From positions 1 through 31,418 of the forward strand of contig PEUI01000314.1 of the NCBI GenBank assembly GCA_002785585.1: a stretch of 31,418 nt of DNA, written 5' to 3'. Positions 18,301 through 27,040 of the stretch are shown here, one piece after another. Made by a program: the position numbers and the translations under genes. The notes beneath the pieces were generated by a model that was not told where the DNA came from, did not search any database, and worked only from the letters and a program-made list of their open reading frames with translations. How positions within the stretch are numbered: the first letter of the stretch is position 1; each line of letters starts with the position of its first letter. This stretch comes from Lysobacterales bacterium CG02_land_8_20_14_3_00_62_12. GTDB taxonomy: Bacteria; Pseudomonadota; Gammaproteobacteria; Xanthomonadales; Ahniellaceae.

Positions 18301-19216
18301 GACTTCGCACGCCATGCAGCGCCTGCGCGACCACCCCGATTGTGCCGATGAAGAGCGCGCCAGTGTCGTCACCACCGGCGCGCACGCGCTGATGCCGGTG
18401 GTGGGCTTCGATCTCGCGGAAAACGTAGCCGCACCGTTTATTGGCCGGGGTGCGCGGCCGCTGATCGCGATCCTGCGCGAGCAGGGCGTCAATGGCCAGG
18501 TGGAAATGGCGGCGGCTTTTGTGCGCGCCGGCTTTGGCGCCATCGACGTACACATGAGCGATCTGCTGTCCGGTGAAGAAACCCTGGCGCGCTTCGCCGG
18601 ATTGGCCGCCTGTGGCGGTTTTTCATACGGGGATGTGCTCGGTGCTGGCCGTGGTTGGGCCACTTCCATCCTCCACCACGGCAACTTGGCGACGCAGTTT
18701 CAAGCCTTTTTCCATGACCCGAACAAGTTTGCCCTGGGGGTTTGCAACGGCTGCCAGATGCTGGCCGAGATCAAGCAACTGATTCCCGGCGCCGAACCGT
18801 GGCCGCGGTTCAAACGCAATCGCTCCGAGCAGTTTGAAGCCCGGCTCAGCTTGGTCGAAGTGCTCGATTCGCCGTCGATCTGGTTTCGAGGCATGGCCGG
18901 ATCGCGCTTGCCGGTGGTGGTTTCGCACGGCGAAGGCCGGGTCGATTTCAGTACCAGCGGCGATGTTGGGCAGGCGTTGGCGACCCTGCGCTACGTCACC
19001 GCCGCCGGCGCGGTTGCCGAAACCTATCCAGCCAATCCCAACGGTTCGCCCGCAGGCTTGACCGGTTTTACCAATGCGGATGGCCGCATCGCGTTGTTGA
19101 TGCCACACCCGGAGCGCGTTCACCGCTCGGTGCAGTTAAGCTGGCGGCCGCGCCACTGGCCGGATGACTCGCCGTGGATGCGCCTTTTCCAGAATGCCCG
19201 AGCCTGGCTGCAATGA
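15362..19216 (+). CDS. purL: Phosphoribosylformylglycinamidine synthase (large single-chain PurL), about 1284 aa
   Basis: PRIGTLSPWASKA, MFAQANSEHCRHK, KCETHNHPTAI, GSGGEIRDEG, HDVGAGG, HDRSDGG, GGFSYGDVLGAG, GVCNGCQM, LMPHPER. Start at 15362 is the most likely one. Confidence 0.97.
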   Translation: MLLLAGHEHRSAFRRERLDQGLRAVVADLRLAQASNFFVVKAASVVIDGARLASVLDADTDAPDEVVDSLWVVPRIGTLSPWASKALELLRAAGLAVASIEQGWRYVVPGFSALTAAVRAQVLAVLHDPMTQSVLMQRRELAGIFQVQSPAALQIISLGAEPQQQLAAANRQLGLALSDDEIDYLADCYQRLGRDPSDAELMMFAQANSEHCRHKVFNANWVIDGALAERSLFAMIKTTHQRQPIGTLSAYHDNAAVIGTTAVARFYASAADRQWRACAEPVAIAIKCETHNHPTAIAPFAGASTGSGGEIRDEGATGRGAKPKAGLTGFTVSHLRIPGLPRPWEAARELPPRMASAFTIMRDAPLGAAAFNNEFGRPALCGYFRAFEHRQGALIRGYDKPIMLAGGLGNLHPDQVQKQKLQQGDAIIVLGGPAMLIGLGGGAASSLASGDSSAALDFASVQRDNPEMERRCQEVIDRCSALRADNPIVSVHDVGAGGLANAIPELLNDSAVGGVIDLRAIPNDAPGMSPMQIWCNESQERYVVGLRPQDLPRFLAICRRERCPCAVVGRATQTAQLVVADARLGGNPVDLPMAVLFGKATSLQRNAERLPVGSVALAIDTSIDHALRRVLCHPSVGSKSFLISIGDRSVGGLCARDQMVGAWQTPVADCALTLSDFSGFTGEAMAVGERSPLALLDAAASARMAVAEALLNIAAAPISRREDIKLSANWMAAVNHPGEGAALFDAVRALAMESCPALHLSIPVGKDSLSMQAAWPTPAGVQRVVSPLSLVVSAFAPVADVRRALTPELRLDAGPSRIVLIDFGGGKNRLGGSILAQCFGQLGEHAPDLDDAAALAAGFDTVQQLNRDDRLLAYHDRSDGGLLVALLEMAFAARCGLDIDLGTTPEQSLAALFNEELGALIQVREADLEIVQTAFAEAGLAACWRPLATPRADSSDVRLRDASGATLVWSLAELLALWQQTSHAMQRLRDHPDCADEERASVVTTGAHALMPVVGFDLAENVAAPFIGRGARPLIAILREQGVNGQVEMAAAFVRAGFGAIDVHMSDLLSGEETLARFAGLAACGGFSYGDVLGAGRGWATSILHHGNLATQFQAFFHDPNKFALGVCNGCQMLAEIKQLIPGAEPWPRFKRNRSEQFEARLSLVEVLDSPSIWFRGMAGSRLPVVVSHGEGRVDFSTSGDVGQALATLRYVTAAGAVAETYPANPNGSPAGLTGFTNADGRIALLMPHPERVHRSVQLSWRPRHWPDDSPWMRLFQNARAWLQ

Positions 19217-19929
19217 GCAACGACCCGAACCCCGCCTCTGCATCCGCCGAAGTCGCCGAGCCGATTTCGCTCAAGGCGTTTTTTCTGCTCGGCGTCCTCT
19301 GGCTGCCGCTTGCGGTATTTGTCTGGTTTGGCCTGCGCAGCGTCGTGGTCTATCCGATCACCCGGCTGGCGCGGATTTTTCTCGACTGGTGGCTGCCCGG
19401 CGTGATCCACGATTCCAGCCAGTACGTACACTATTTCAAGTTCACTGCGGTGGTGCCGTTGCCCCCGGGCATGGTCGCCCAGGCCGGTCAGATTCCGGCG
19501 GTCGATGGCAGCTCCAACGCGTTGCTGTTCACCTATGGATTGGCGGTGTTCTGGGGTTTGGTGTTCGCCACGCCAGACACCGGCGACTACTCTTTGCTAC
19601 GGCGCTTGCGCACGGCGCTGCTCGGTTGGTTGCTGTTGATGCCGATCCAGGCGCTCTCCATCTGTGCCGATGTCGCCAAGCAATTGTTCATTGATCTGGG
19701 TCCGGCCGGAATGCAAATGGCGACCGAACATCGGGTCAATCTGGAATGGGTGGCGTATGCCTATCAGGCGGCGACGCTGATCGTTCCGATGATTTCGGCG
19801 CTGCTGGTATGGGCGCTGTTTCATCGCCGTTTTCTGGAACACATCCGCTTCGATGCCGCGCCGACAGCGGAACCAGTCGCCGTGATCGAAGGTCGCAAGC
19901 AGCCACCGCACGAGCCAGAAAACCCATGA
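19213..19929 (+). CDS. Multi-pass membrane protein resembling exosortase-H-associated membrane proteins (exosortase-like fold, catalytic residues absent), about 238 aa
   Basis: About 5-6 hydrophobic helices flanking one ~50-aa soluble beta-rich loop. Pattern WLPL...NALLFTYGLAVFWGLVFATP...LLGWLLLMP...AYAYQAATLIVP. ATGA overlaps with both the purL stop and the gspE start. The family call is by recall; no HMM search was run. Confidence 0.6.
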   Translation: MSNDPNPASASAEVAEPISLKAFFLLGVLWLPLAVFVWFGLRSVVVYPITRLARIFLDWWLPGVIHDSSQYVHYFKFTAVVPLPPGMVAQAGQIPAVDGSSNALLFTYGLAVFWGLVFATPDTGDYSLLRRLRTALLGWLLLMPIQALSICADVAKQLFIDLGPAGMQMATEHRVNLEWVAYAYQAATLIVPMISALLVWALFHRRFLEHIRFDAAPTAEPVAVIEGRKQPPHEPENP

Positions 19930-21671
19930 CCGAAGCCGAACTCGCTGTTGCCGATGCCTTGAGCGCGCCGCTCGACGAAGTCAGCTTGGAAGACCGCATC
20001 GCGACCTTCTTGATCGCCCGCGGCCGCCTCAAGGAAGCTGACCTGTTGCGGGCTCGGCGTTTGCAGGAAGAATCGCCCAACGCCGATTTCATTTCGCTGA
20101 TGGTGCGGTTGGGTCTGGTCTCGGAACGCGACGCCGCTGAAGCGCTGAGTGAAGTGCTGCAGATGCCCTTGTTGTCGGCGCGGGATTGCCCGGATGCGCC
20201 GCCAGCGAACGTGCAATTGTCGATCCGTTTTCTCAAGCAGTACCACGTCGTGCCGATCGGTGAAGACGAACAGGAATTGCACCTGCTGGTGGCCGAACCG
20301 CAAGACCACTACCCACTCGACGCGGTGCGTTTGGCGGTCGGCAAACCGGTCACCGTGCGCGTGGGTATCCGGTCCGAGATCGACGACCTGATCGAGCGTT
20401 ATTACGGCAGCGGCCGTTCGGCGATGGGTACGATCGTCGAAAATCTTTCCGAAGACGCCACCCGCAGCGAAGACGACGTTGAGCACCTGCGCGATCTGGC
20501 CTCGGAAGCGCCGGTGATCCGGCTGGTCAATCTGGTGATCCAGCGCGCCGTCGAAGCGCGCGCCTCCGATATCCACATCGAGCCGTTCGAGACCCGCCTC
20601 AAAGTGCGTTATCGCATCGACGGCGTGCTCGAAGAAGTGGAATCGCCGCCGGCCAATTCGACCGCAGCGGTGATCTCGCGCATCAAGATCATGGCCAAGC
20701 TCAACATCGCCGAACGCCGCCTGCCGCAGGATGGCCGCATCATGTTGCGGGTGCAGGGCAAAGAACTGGATCTGCGCGTGAGCACGGTGCCCACTTCGTT
20801 CGGCGAATCGGTGGTCATGCGCATTCTTGATCGTGAATCGGTGGTGCTGGACTTTCACACGCTCGGCTTTACCGACGAGTTTCTGCCGCAGTTCATGGAA
20901 GTCTTGAGCATGCCGCACGGCATCATGCTGGTGACCGGCCCGACCGGCTCCGGCAAGACCACCACTTTGTACACCGCGCTCAGCAAGATCAACACCGCGG
21001 ATGTCAAAATCATCACCGTCGAAGACCCGGTCGAATACCAGATCGAGGGGGTCAATCAGATTCAGGTCAAGCCGCAGATCGGGCTGGATTTCTCGCACGC
21101 CCTGCGCTCGATCGTGCGGCAGGATCCAGACATCATCATGATCGGCGAAATGCGTGATCTGGAAACCGCCAAGATCGCCATTCAATCGGCGCTTACCGGC
21201 CATCTGGTGCTGTCCACCCTGCACACCAACAACGCCGCTGGCGGCATCACCCGTTTGCTCGATATGGGCGTGGAAGATTATCTGCTCAGTTCCACCGTCA
21301 ATGGCATTCTCGGGCAGCGCCTGGTGCGGCGCGTCGAGGTCGGTCATCGTCAGGCTTACGCCGCCTTGCCGGAAGTCGTGCAGCAGTTTGAGCTGGAGCG
21401 CTATACCGATCAGCGACCGGTGCAGTTGTATAAACCCGGGCCTTCGGAATTGACCCCCACTGGCTATTTGGGCCGCACCACGATCATGGAGTTTTTGCGG
21501 ATGACCGATCCGCTGCGGCGCTTGGTCATGAAGCACGCCGACATGGGGGTGATCGAACAAGCCGCGCGCGAAGAAGGCATGCGCACCATGTACGAAGATG
21601 GTTTGGTCAAAGCCCTGGCCGGGGTCACCACGCTGGAAGAAATCCTGCGTGTCACCCAGCAGGACGGCTGA
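19926..21671 (+). CDS. gspE: T2SS ATPase GspE (XpsE type, long N-terminal domain), about 581 aa
   Basis: RASDIHIEP, IAERRLPQDGR, Walker A GPTGSGKTT, TVEDPVEY, RQDPDIIMIGEMRD, TGHLVLSTLHTN. Confidence 0.96.
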   Translation: MTEAELAVADALSAPLDEVSLEDRIATFLIARGRLKEADLLRARRLQEESPNADFISLMVRLGLVSERDAAEALSEVLQMPLLSARDCPDAPPANVQLSIRFLKQYHVVPIGEDEQELHLLVAEPQDHYPLDAVRLAVGKPVTVRVGIRSEIDDLIERYYGSGRSAMGTIVENLSEDATRSEDDVEHLRDLASEAPVIRLVNLVIQRAVEARASDIHIEPFETRLKVRYRIDGVLEEVESPPANSTAAVISRIKIMAKLNIAERRLPQDGRIMLRVQGKELDLRVSTVPTSFGESVVMRILDRESVVLDFHTLGFTDEFLPQFMEVLSMPHGIMLVTGPTGSGKTTTLYTALSKINTADVKIITVEDPVEYQIEGVNQIQVKPQIGLDFSHALRSIVRQDPDIIMIGEMRDLETAKIAIQSALTGHLVLSTLHTNNAAGGITRLLDMGVEDYLLSSTVNGILGQRLVRRVEVGHRQAYAALPEVVQQFELERYTDQRPVQLYKPGPSELTPTGYLGRTTIMEFLRMTDPLRRLVMKHADMGVIEQAAREEGMRTMYEDGLVKALAGVTTLEEILRVTQQDG

Positions 21672-21676
21672 TCGGC

Positions 21677-22891
21677 ATGGCCCTGTATCGATACAAAGCG
21701 GTGGCGCCGACCGGTGAGACCCTGGTCGGCGAAATGGAAGCGCTATCCCGCAACGAAGTGGTCGTGCGCCTGCAGGATGCCGGCAACATTCCGATCGAAG
21801 CCGCCGAGGCGGGGTCTGGCGGTGGCCGTGCGCTTGCCGCGCTGTTCAAGCGCTCGGCCCTGGGCGGCGATCAACTGGCCCAATTCACCAGCCAACTGGG
21901 CACCTTGCTCGGTGCCGGTCAGCCGCTGGATCGGGCCTTGCACACGCTGTCGGAAAATGCCGAAACCGATACTGCCCGCGCCCTGATCGAGCGCATCAAA
22001 GATGGCGTGCGCAGCGGCACGCCGCTATCCACTACGCTGGAGCAGCAGCACGGCGTGTTCTCGCGGCTCTACGTCAACATGGTGCGCGCCGGAGAAGTCT
22101 CCGGCTCGCTCACCGATACCTTGAAGCGCCTCGCGGAATATCTGGAACGCTCGCGGCAGTTGCGTGGCACGGTAATCAACGCGCTGATCTACCCGGCCAT
22201 ACTGATCGGCTTGGTGACTTTGACCCTGTTCGTGCTGATGATCTTTGTCATCCCCAATTTTCAGCCGGTGTTTGATGAACTCGGCAGTCGCCTGCCGATG
22301 ATTACCCGGGTCGTGCTATTCGTTGCCGGGGCGCTGCAAAACTTCTGGTGGTTGATGGTGGTCGTTGGCGTGGCGGCGCTGGTGTACTTGCGCAACCAGT
22401 ACGCGCAACCCGAGCCGCGCCGCCAGATCGAGCTGTTCATGCTGGCGCGTGGCGGCATCGGCCCGCTGATTGCCAAGATCGAAACCGCACGCCTGGCGCG
22501 GACCCTCGGCACCCTGGTGCAAAATGGGGTGCCGCTGCTGACCGCGCTCACCATCGGCAAAAATGTCATGGGGAACACGGTGCTGGCCGACGCGGTCGAA
22601 AAGGCCAGCAACGAAGTCAAAACCGGTTCCGGTCTGGCCTATGCACTGGGACTCAGCAAACGTTTCCCCAAATTGGCGTTGTCGATGATCGCCGTCGGTG
22701 AGGAATCTGGCGAACTCGATGGCATGTTGAACAAGGTCGCCGAAACTTTCGACCAGGAAGTCAAGAACACAGTAGAACGCTTGCTGGCGGCGTTGGTGCC
22801 GGTGGTTACTGCCATCATGGCGGTGATGGTCGGCATGATTATGCTGGCGATCGTTCTTCCCCTGCTCGAAATGAGCTCGCTAGCGGAGTGA
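21677..22891 (+). CDS. gspF: T2SS inner-membrane platform protein GspF
   Basis: LGTLLGAGQPL, MVRAGEVSGSL, LIYPAIL, GEESGELDGML, three TM segments. Confidence 0.95.
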   Translation: MALYRYKAVAPTGETLVGEMEALSRNEVVVRLQDAGNIPIEAAEAGSGGGRALAALFKRSALGGDQLAQFTSQLGTLLGAGQPLDRALHTLSENAETDTARALIERIKDGVRSGTPLSTTLEQQHGVFSRLYVNMVRAGEVSGSLTDTLKRLAEYLERSRQLRGTVINALIYPAILIGLVTLTLFVLMIFVIPNFQPVFDELGSRLPMITRVVLFVAGALQNFWWLMVVVGVAALVYLRNQYAQPEPRRQIELFMLARGGIGPLIAKIETARLARTLGTLVQNGVPLLTALTIGKNVMGNTVLADAVEKASNEVKTGSGLAYALGLSKRFPKLALSMIAVGEESGELDGMLNKVAETFDQEVKNTVERLLAALVPVVTAIMAVMVGMIMLAIVLPLLEMSSLAE

Positions 22892-22895
22892 TGTC

Positions 22896-23321
22896 ATGAA
22901 ATATGTGTCGCGTTTTCACGGTTCCCGGGTCGGTGGCTTCAGCCTGATCGAAATGCTGGCGGTGATTGCCTTGATCGGTCTGATCGCCAGCGTGGTGGCG
23001 CCCAACGTGCTGGGCAAATTGGCCGGTGGCAAGTTCAAGGCGACGCGGGCCAAAGTGGCCGCCACCAGTTCCAAGGTCGAGCTCTACGTGCTCGATGTCG
23101 GCAGCCTGCCGGAGCGCATGGAGGACCTGGTCAGCAAACCCGGCAATGCCGAAAACTGGAACGGCCCCTACGCCAAGGAATCGGATCTGAAAGACGCCTG
23201 GGAAATGCCGTTCGTGCTGACCGTGCCGGGCGCCCATGGCGAATTCGATCTGGTCTCGCTCGGTGCTGACAAGCAGCCGGGCGGGGAGGGCAACAACAAA
23301 GACATCGGTAACTGGGAATAG
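22896..23321 (+). CDS. gspG: T2SS major pseudopilin GspG
   Basis: G|FSLIEM prepilin site, WNGPY, DAWEMPF, Ca-binding loop SLGADKQPGGEG. Confidence 0.95.
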   Translation: MKYVSRFHGSRVGGFSLIEMLAVIALIGLIASVVAPNVLGKLAGGKFKATRAKVAATSSKVELYVLDVGSLPERMEDLVSKPGNAENWNGPYAKESDLKDAWEMPFVLTVPGAHGEFDLVSLGADKQPGGEGNNKDIGNWE

Positions 23322-23346
23322 ATCTCCCCGGTTGGAGACCTGAGCC

Positions 23347-23793
23347 ATGCGCCCGCGTTCCCGTGGATTTACCTTGGTCGAGCTGCTGGTCGTGCTGATG
23401 CTGATGGGGCTGATCGCCGGCATGGCGGCGTTCTCGTTCGGTAGCAATATGCAGGGCGCCAAGACCCGGGCGGCGGTGCGCGATCTGACGGCGGCGCTGC
23501 GTTACACCCGTGGCCAGGCGATCATTGGTCATCAGCCACAAAGTCTCGAGGTGGACGTGGAAGCGCGCACTTACCAGGCGCCGAAGCGGCCGTTGATCGT
23601 CCTGCCCAAAGGTCTGGACATGAAACTGCTGACCGCAGCGCGTGAACGCACCGGTGATACCAAGGGCTTGATCCGGTTTTTTCCGGACGGCAGCTCCAGT
23701 GGCGGCCGCGTCACCTTGATCCGTGACCGCCACGAGTGGCGCGTCGATATTGCCTGGTTGACCGGCGAAGTGCGCATGGAAGAAGGGCAATGA
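23347..23793 (+). CDS. gspH: T2SS minor pseudopilin GspH
   Basis: RG|FTLVEL, IRFFPDGSSSGG, WLTG. Position after gspG. Confidence 0.92.
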   Translation: MRPRSRGFTLVELLVVLMLMGLIAGMAAFSFGSNMQGAKTRAAVRDLTAALRYTRGQAIIGHQPQSLEVDVEARTYQAPKRPLIVLPKGLDMKLLTAARERTGDTKGLIRFFPDGSSSGGRVTLIRDRHEWRVDIAWLTGEVRMEEGQ

Positions 23794-24302
23794 CCAGTCA
23801 GCGCTCGCCCGCGCCGTTGCGCGCGGTTGGCGGTACCGAATTCGCGACGCCAGCGGCGTTCCCACCATTCGCGCTGTGGCGCGCGTCTGGCCGGGCCCCT
23901 GGCCGTCAGCGCGGGTTTTCGCTGCTCGAAATGTTGGCGGCTTTTCTGGTCTTCGCCATCGGCTTTGGGGTAATGATGGAGATGACCTCAAGCTCGCTGC
24001 GCAATGCGCGCCACGGTGCCGAGCTGACCGAAGCGGCGTTGTGGGCGCAATCGAAGATGGACCTGGCCGGTATCGACGAACCGATCCAGCCGGGCAGCGC
24101 CCGCGGCGAGTTCAACCGCAAATATCGCTGGGAAATGAACGTCACCGAATGGCAACCGCCGGGCGACGCTTCGCCGCTGGTCGATCTCAACGCCCTCGAT
24201 ATGTATCAAATCGAATTGGTCGTGCATTGGGGTGATCGTGACCACCAGCGCACGGCGCGCTTCGTCACCCTGCGCGCCATTCAACCGGGGCCGCCGACAT
24301 GA
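23790..24302 (+). CDS. gspI: T2SS minor pseudopilin GspI (long predicted leader), about 170 aa
   Basis: RG|FSLLEMLAAF prepilin site. ATG 23790 overlaps the gspH stop (ATGA). Confidence 0.88.
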   Translation: MTSQRSPAPLRAVGGTEFATPAAFPPFALWRASGRAPGRQRGFSLLEMLAAFLVFAIGFGVMMEMTSSSLRNARHGAELTEAALWAQSKMDLAGIDEPIQPGSARGEFNRKYRWEMNVTEWQPPGDASPLVDLNALDMYQIELVVHWGDRDHQRTARFVTLRAIQPGPPT

Positions 24303-24994
24303 GCCGCCGCCGATACACCGGCGGATTTACCCTGGTCGAGTTGCTGTTGACCACCTTGCTGCTGGCGTTGTTGATGGCCGGTGCCTTTGCCGGTATCAGC
24401 ACCGCCAATAAAGCGGTAATCAGTGGCGAAGCCTTGATTGACCGCACCAATCGAGTGCGCGTGGCGCAGGAGTTTTTGCGTCGGCAATTGCGCAACGCGC
24501 TCGCGCTCAGCTACCCGGTCGATTCGACCAACGGCGAAACCCGCATGTTCGAAGGCGACGCCGACACCCTGCGTTTTGTGTCGACGATGCCGGGCTACCT
24601 GAGCCACGGCGGCGCTTATGTGCAAAGTTTGTCGATCAAGTCCGGGCGCGGGGGGCGCGAATTGTTGTTCGCTTTTCAATTGCTCAATGGCTTCGGCGAC
24701 GAGCACGCCAACCGGCACAGCGAAGAAGCTGATCGCGAACCCGAGCTGCTGATCGAAAACATCCGCAGCGGCGGCTTCGAATACCGCGGTATCGACGACA
24801 CCGGCAAGATGTCCGACTGGACCGAAAAATGGGAAAACCCTTTGCAGTTGCCGGCCGCGGTGCGCTTGAAATTGACCATGGATGCGGATTCACGCTACGT
24901 CTGGCCGGACATCGAAGTGGCGGTGCTCGCCAACGCCTCGGCGGCCGCCGCCAGCGATCCCTTCCTGGCGCCATTTCGCGGCGCGGAGCGTTGA
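24299..24994 (+). CDS. gspJ: T2SS minor pseudopilin GspJ
   Basis: GG|FTLVEL, W..PLQLPAAVRL. ATGA overlap with gspI. Confidence 0.9.
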   Translation: MSRRRYTGGFTLVELLLTTLLLALLMAGAFAGISTANKAVISGEALIDRTNRVRVAQEFLRRQLRNALALSYPVDSTNGETRMFEGDADTLRFVSTMPGYLSHGGAYVQSLSIKSGRGGRELLFAFQLLNGFGDEHANRHSEEADREPELLIENIRSGGFEYRGIDDTGKMSDWTEKWENPLQLPAAVRLKLTMDADSRYVWPDIEVAVLANASAAAASDPFLAPFRGAER

Positions 24995-24995
24995 T

Positions 24996-25895
24996 ATGTG
25001 CCGACCACCGATCGCGCAGCGTGGCATCGCCTTCATTGTCGTCATTTGGGTGATGGTGCTGTTGACCGTCGTCCTCAGCGGCTTCGTCGTAGTGGCGCGG
25101 ACGGAAGCGCTGCAATCGCGGTTTCTGCTCGACTCGGCGCAAGCCCGCTACGCCGCCGAGGCCGGCATCAGTCGCGTCGTTTGGGAACTTCACAACACCG
25201 ATCCACTCACTATGTGGGTGCCCGACGGGCGCGCCTACGACATGGATTTTGCCGGAGCCAAGGTGAGCATCGAAGTACACGACGAATCCGGCAAGGTCGA
25301 TATCAACGCCGCCGATCTGGAAACCCTCAAGCGTATGTTTACGGCGGTTGCGGTGGATGCCACCGAGGCCGAACAGTTGGCGGCGGCGGTCGTCGATTGG
25401 CGCGATGTCGATGATTTGCTCACGGTCAATGGCGCCGAGGACGGCGAATACGAATCCGTTGGCCTGGCCTACGGTGCCGCCGACGCGCCGTTTTCGACGA
25501 TTGGCGAGTTGCAGCAGGTGTTGGGCATGAACTACGAGATCTTCGAGAAGCTGCAGAACGACATCACGATTTACGGTGGTGTGGGTCGGCCGAATGCGGC
25601 GTTTGCCTCCGCGCTGGGCTTGCAGACCATCGACGGCATTGACCCGCAACAGGCCGAGCAGCTACTGAACGCTCGCCGCCAATTTCGCCCCGGCGATGCC
25701 GGCAGTGTCGGCGTGACCTTGCCGGATGGCACGCCGTTGCTGTCCGCCGGTGGCAGTGGCACGTATACTGTGCGGTCCAAGGCCACGCTGGCCAACGGGG
25801 CTTGGACCCTGGTGGATGCCACCATCCGCCTCGGCGGAGCCCCCGGCGCCCGGGCTTATTCCATTTTACGCTGGCGCGAAGGGAGCGCCGATTGA
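24996..25895 (+). CDS. gspK: T2SS minor pseudopilin GspK, about 299 aa
   Basis: QRG|IAFIVVIW (no Glu+5, typical of GspK), DESGKVDIN, VVDWRD, FSTIGELQQVLG. Confidence 0.92.
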   Translation: MCRPPIAQRGIAFIVVIWVMVLLTVVLSGFVVVARTEALQSRFLLDSAQARYAAEAGISRVVWELHNTDPLTMWVPDGRAYDMDFAGAKVSIEVHDESGKVDINAADLETLKRMFTAVAVDATEAEQLAAAVVDWRDVDDLLTVNGAEDGEYESVGLAYGAADAPFSTIGELQQVLGMNYEIFEKLQNDITIYGGVGRPNAAFASALGLQTIDGIDPQQAEQLLNARRQFRPGDAGSVGVTLPDGTPLLSAGGSGTYTVRSKATLANGAWTLVDATIRLGGAPGARAYSILRWREGSAD

Positions 25896-27040
25896 TGGCC
25901 ATGAACAAACTTCAGCGTTGGCTGGCGCCGTATCGCACCGCCTACCGCAACAGCGCGCTGCATCGATTCCTGGCCTGGTGGGGCGCGGAGTTGGCACGAC
26001 TGCTGCCGGTAGCGTGGCGCGACTGGTTCATCGAACGCCGGGACGCCGTGCAAGTGATGGCGACCGCCGATGGCTGGAGCGTGACGCGCTTGGGTAGTCT
26101 GCCGATGGCGACCGAATCGGTGGCCACCGACGCCGGTGCCGAAGTCTTGCGCGCCCTCGCCGAACGCATGTTGCAAGCCGGTGAAATCAAAGCCGACCTG
26201 GTGGCCCTGCTGGATGCGGCGCAGGTGCTGGAACGGCGTCTGCCGTTGCCGGCCGCCGCCGAGGAAAATCTGGCCCAGGTGATTGCCTTCGAGCTGGATC
26301 GGCAAACCCCGTTTCGTGCCGATCAGGTGCGCTACGATTTTCGGATCGGCGCCCGCGATGCCATCGCCAGGCAAATTCAAGTGGACATGATGCTGGTGCC
26401 GCGCCCGCTCGCCGAGCAGACGCTGGCGCCACTGACCGCCGCCGGGCTAGCGCTGGATGCGCTCGATGCCGTGGCCGCCGATGGCGCCCGTCGTGGTTTC
26501 AACCTGTTGCCCGCAGAAGCGCGTGCCGAACGGGCCAATGCGGGTGCCCGACTGAACTGGATTTTGGTGGCGGTTGGGCTCGGCCTGCTGTGGCTGGTCA
26601 TGCGCCAGTCGATCGTGGCCCGCGAACAGGCGTTGACCGACCTGCAACAGGCGGTCGACAAAGTGCAAGTCGAAGCCGCCCACACCACCGAGCTCAAGCG
26701 CAAACTGACCGATGCCGTCGATGGCGCCAACTTTCTGGCCGGGCGCAAAAAGCAGCACCCGGTGGCGGTCAATATTCTGCGCGAACTAACGCAGTTGTTG
26801 CCGAAAAACACCGCCCTGGTCCGGCTCTCGGTCAATCGTGGCGAAGTACAGATTCAAGGCAATAGCGACGAGGCCGCGCAGCTCATCGCCATCCTGCAAA
26901 AAGCCCACAGCATCGAAGGCCCGGCCATTCAAGGTGCCATCACGCCCGATGCGCGCACCCGCAAAGAGCAGTTCCTGATCCAGGCCAAAGTTCGCGCCAG
27001 CAGCCCGGAGAGCGCCCATGCAGCTACTGCCAAATCCTGA
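25895..27040 (+). CDS. gspL: T2SS protein GspL (XpsL type), about 381 aa
   Basis: FLAWWGAEL, FELDRQTPF actin-like cytoplasmic domain, one TM segment, PilN-like periplasmic domain. TGATG overlap with gspK. Confidence 0.88.
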   Translation: MAMNKLQRWLAPYRTAYRNSALHRFLAWWGAELARLLPVAWRDWFIERRDAVQVMATADGWSVTRLGSLPMATESVATDAGAEVLRALAERMLQAGEIKADLVALLDAAQVLERRLPLPAAAEENLAQVIAFELDRQTPFRADQVRYDFRIGARDAIARQIQVDMMLVPRPLAEQTLAPLTAAGLALDALDAVAADGARRGFNLLPAEARAERANAGARLNWILVAVGLGLLWLVMRQSIVAREQALTDLQQAVDKVQVEAAHTTELKRKLTDAVDGANFLAGRKKQHPVAVNILRELTQLLPKNTALVRLSVNRGEVQIQGNSDEAAQLIAILQKAHSIEGPAIQGAITPDARTRKEQFLIQAKVRASSPESAHAATAKS

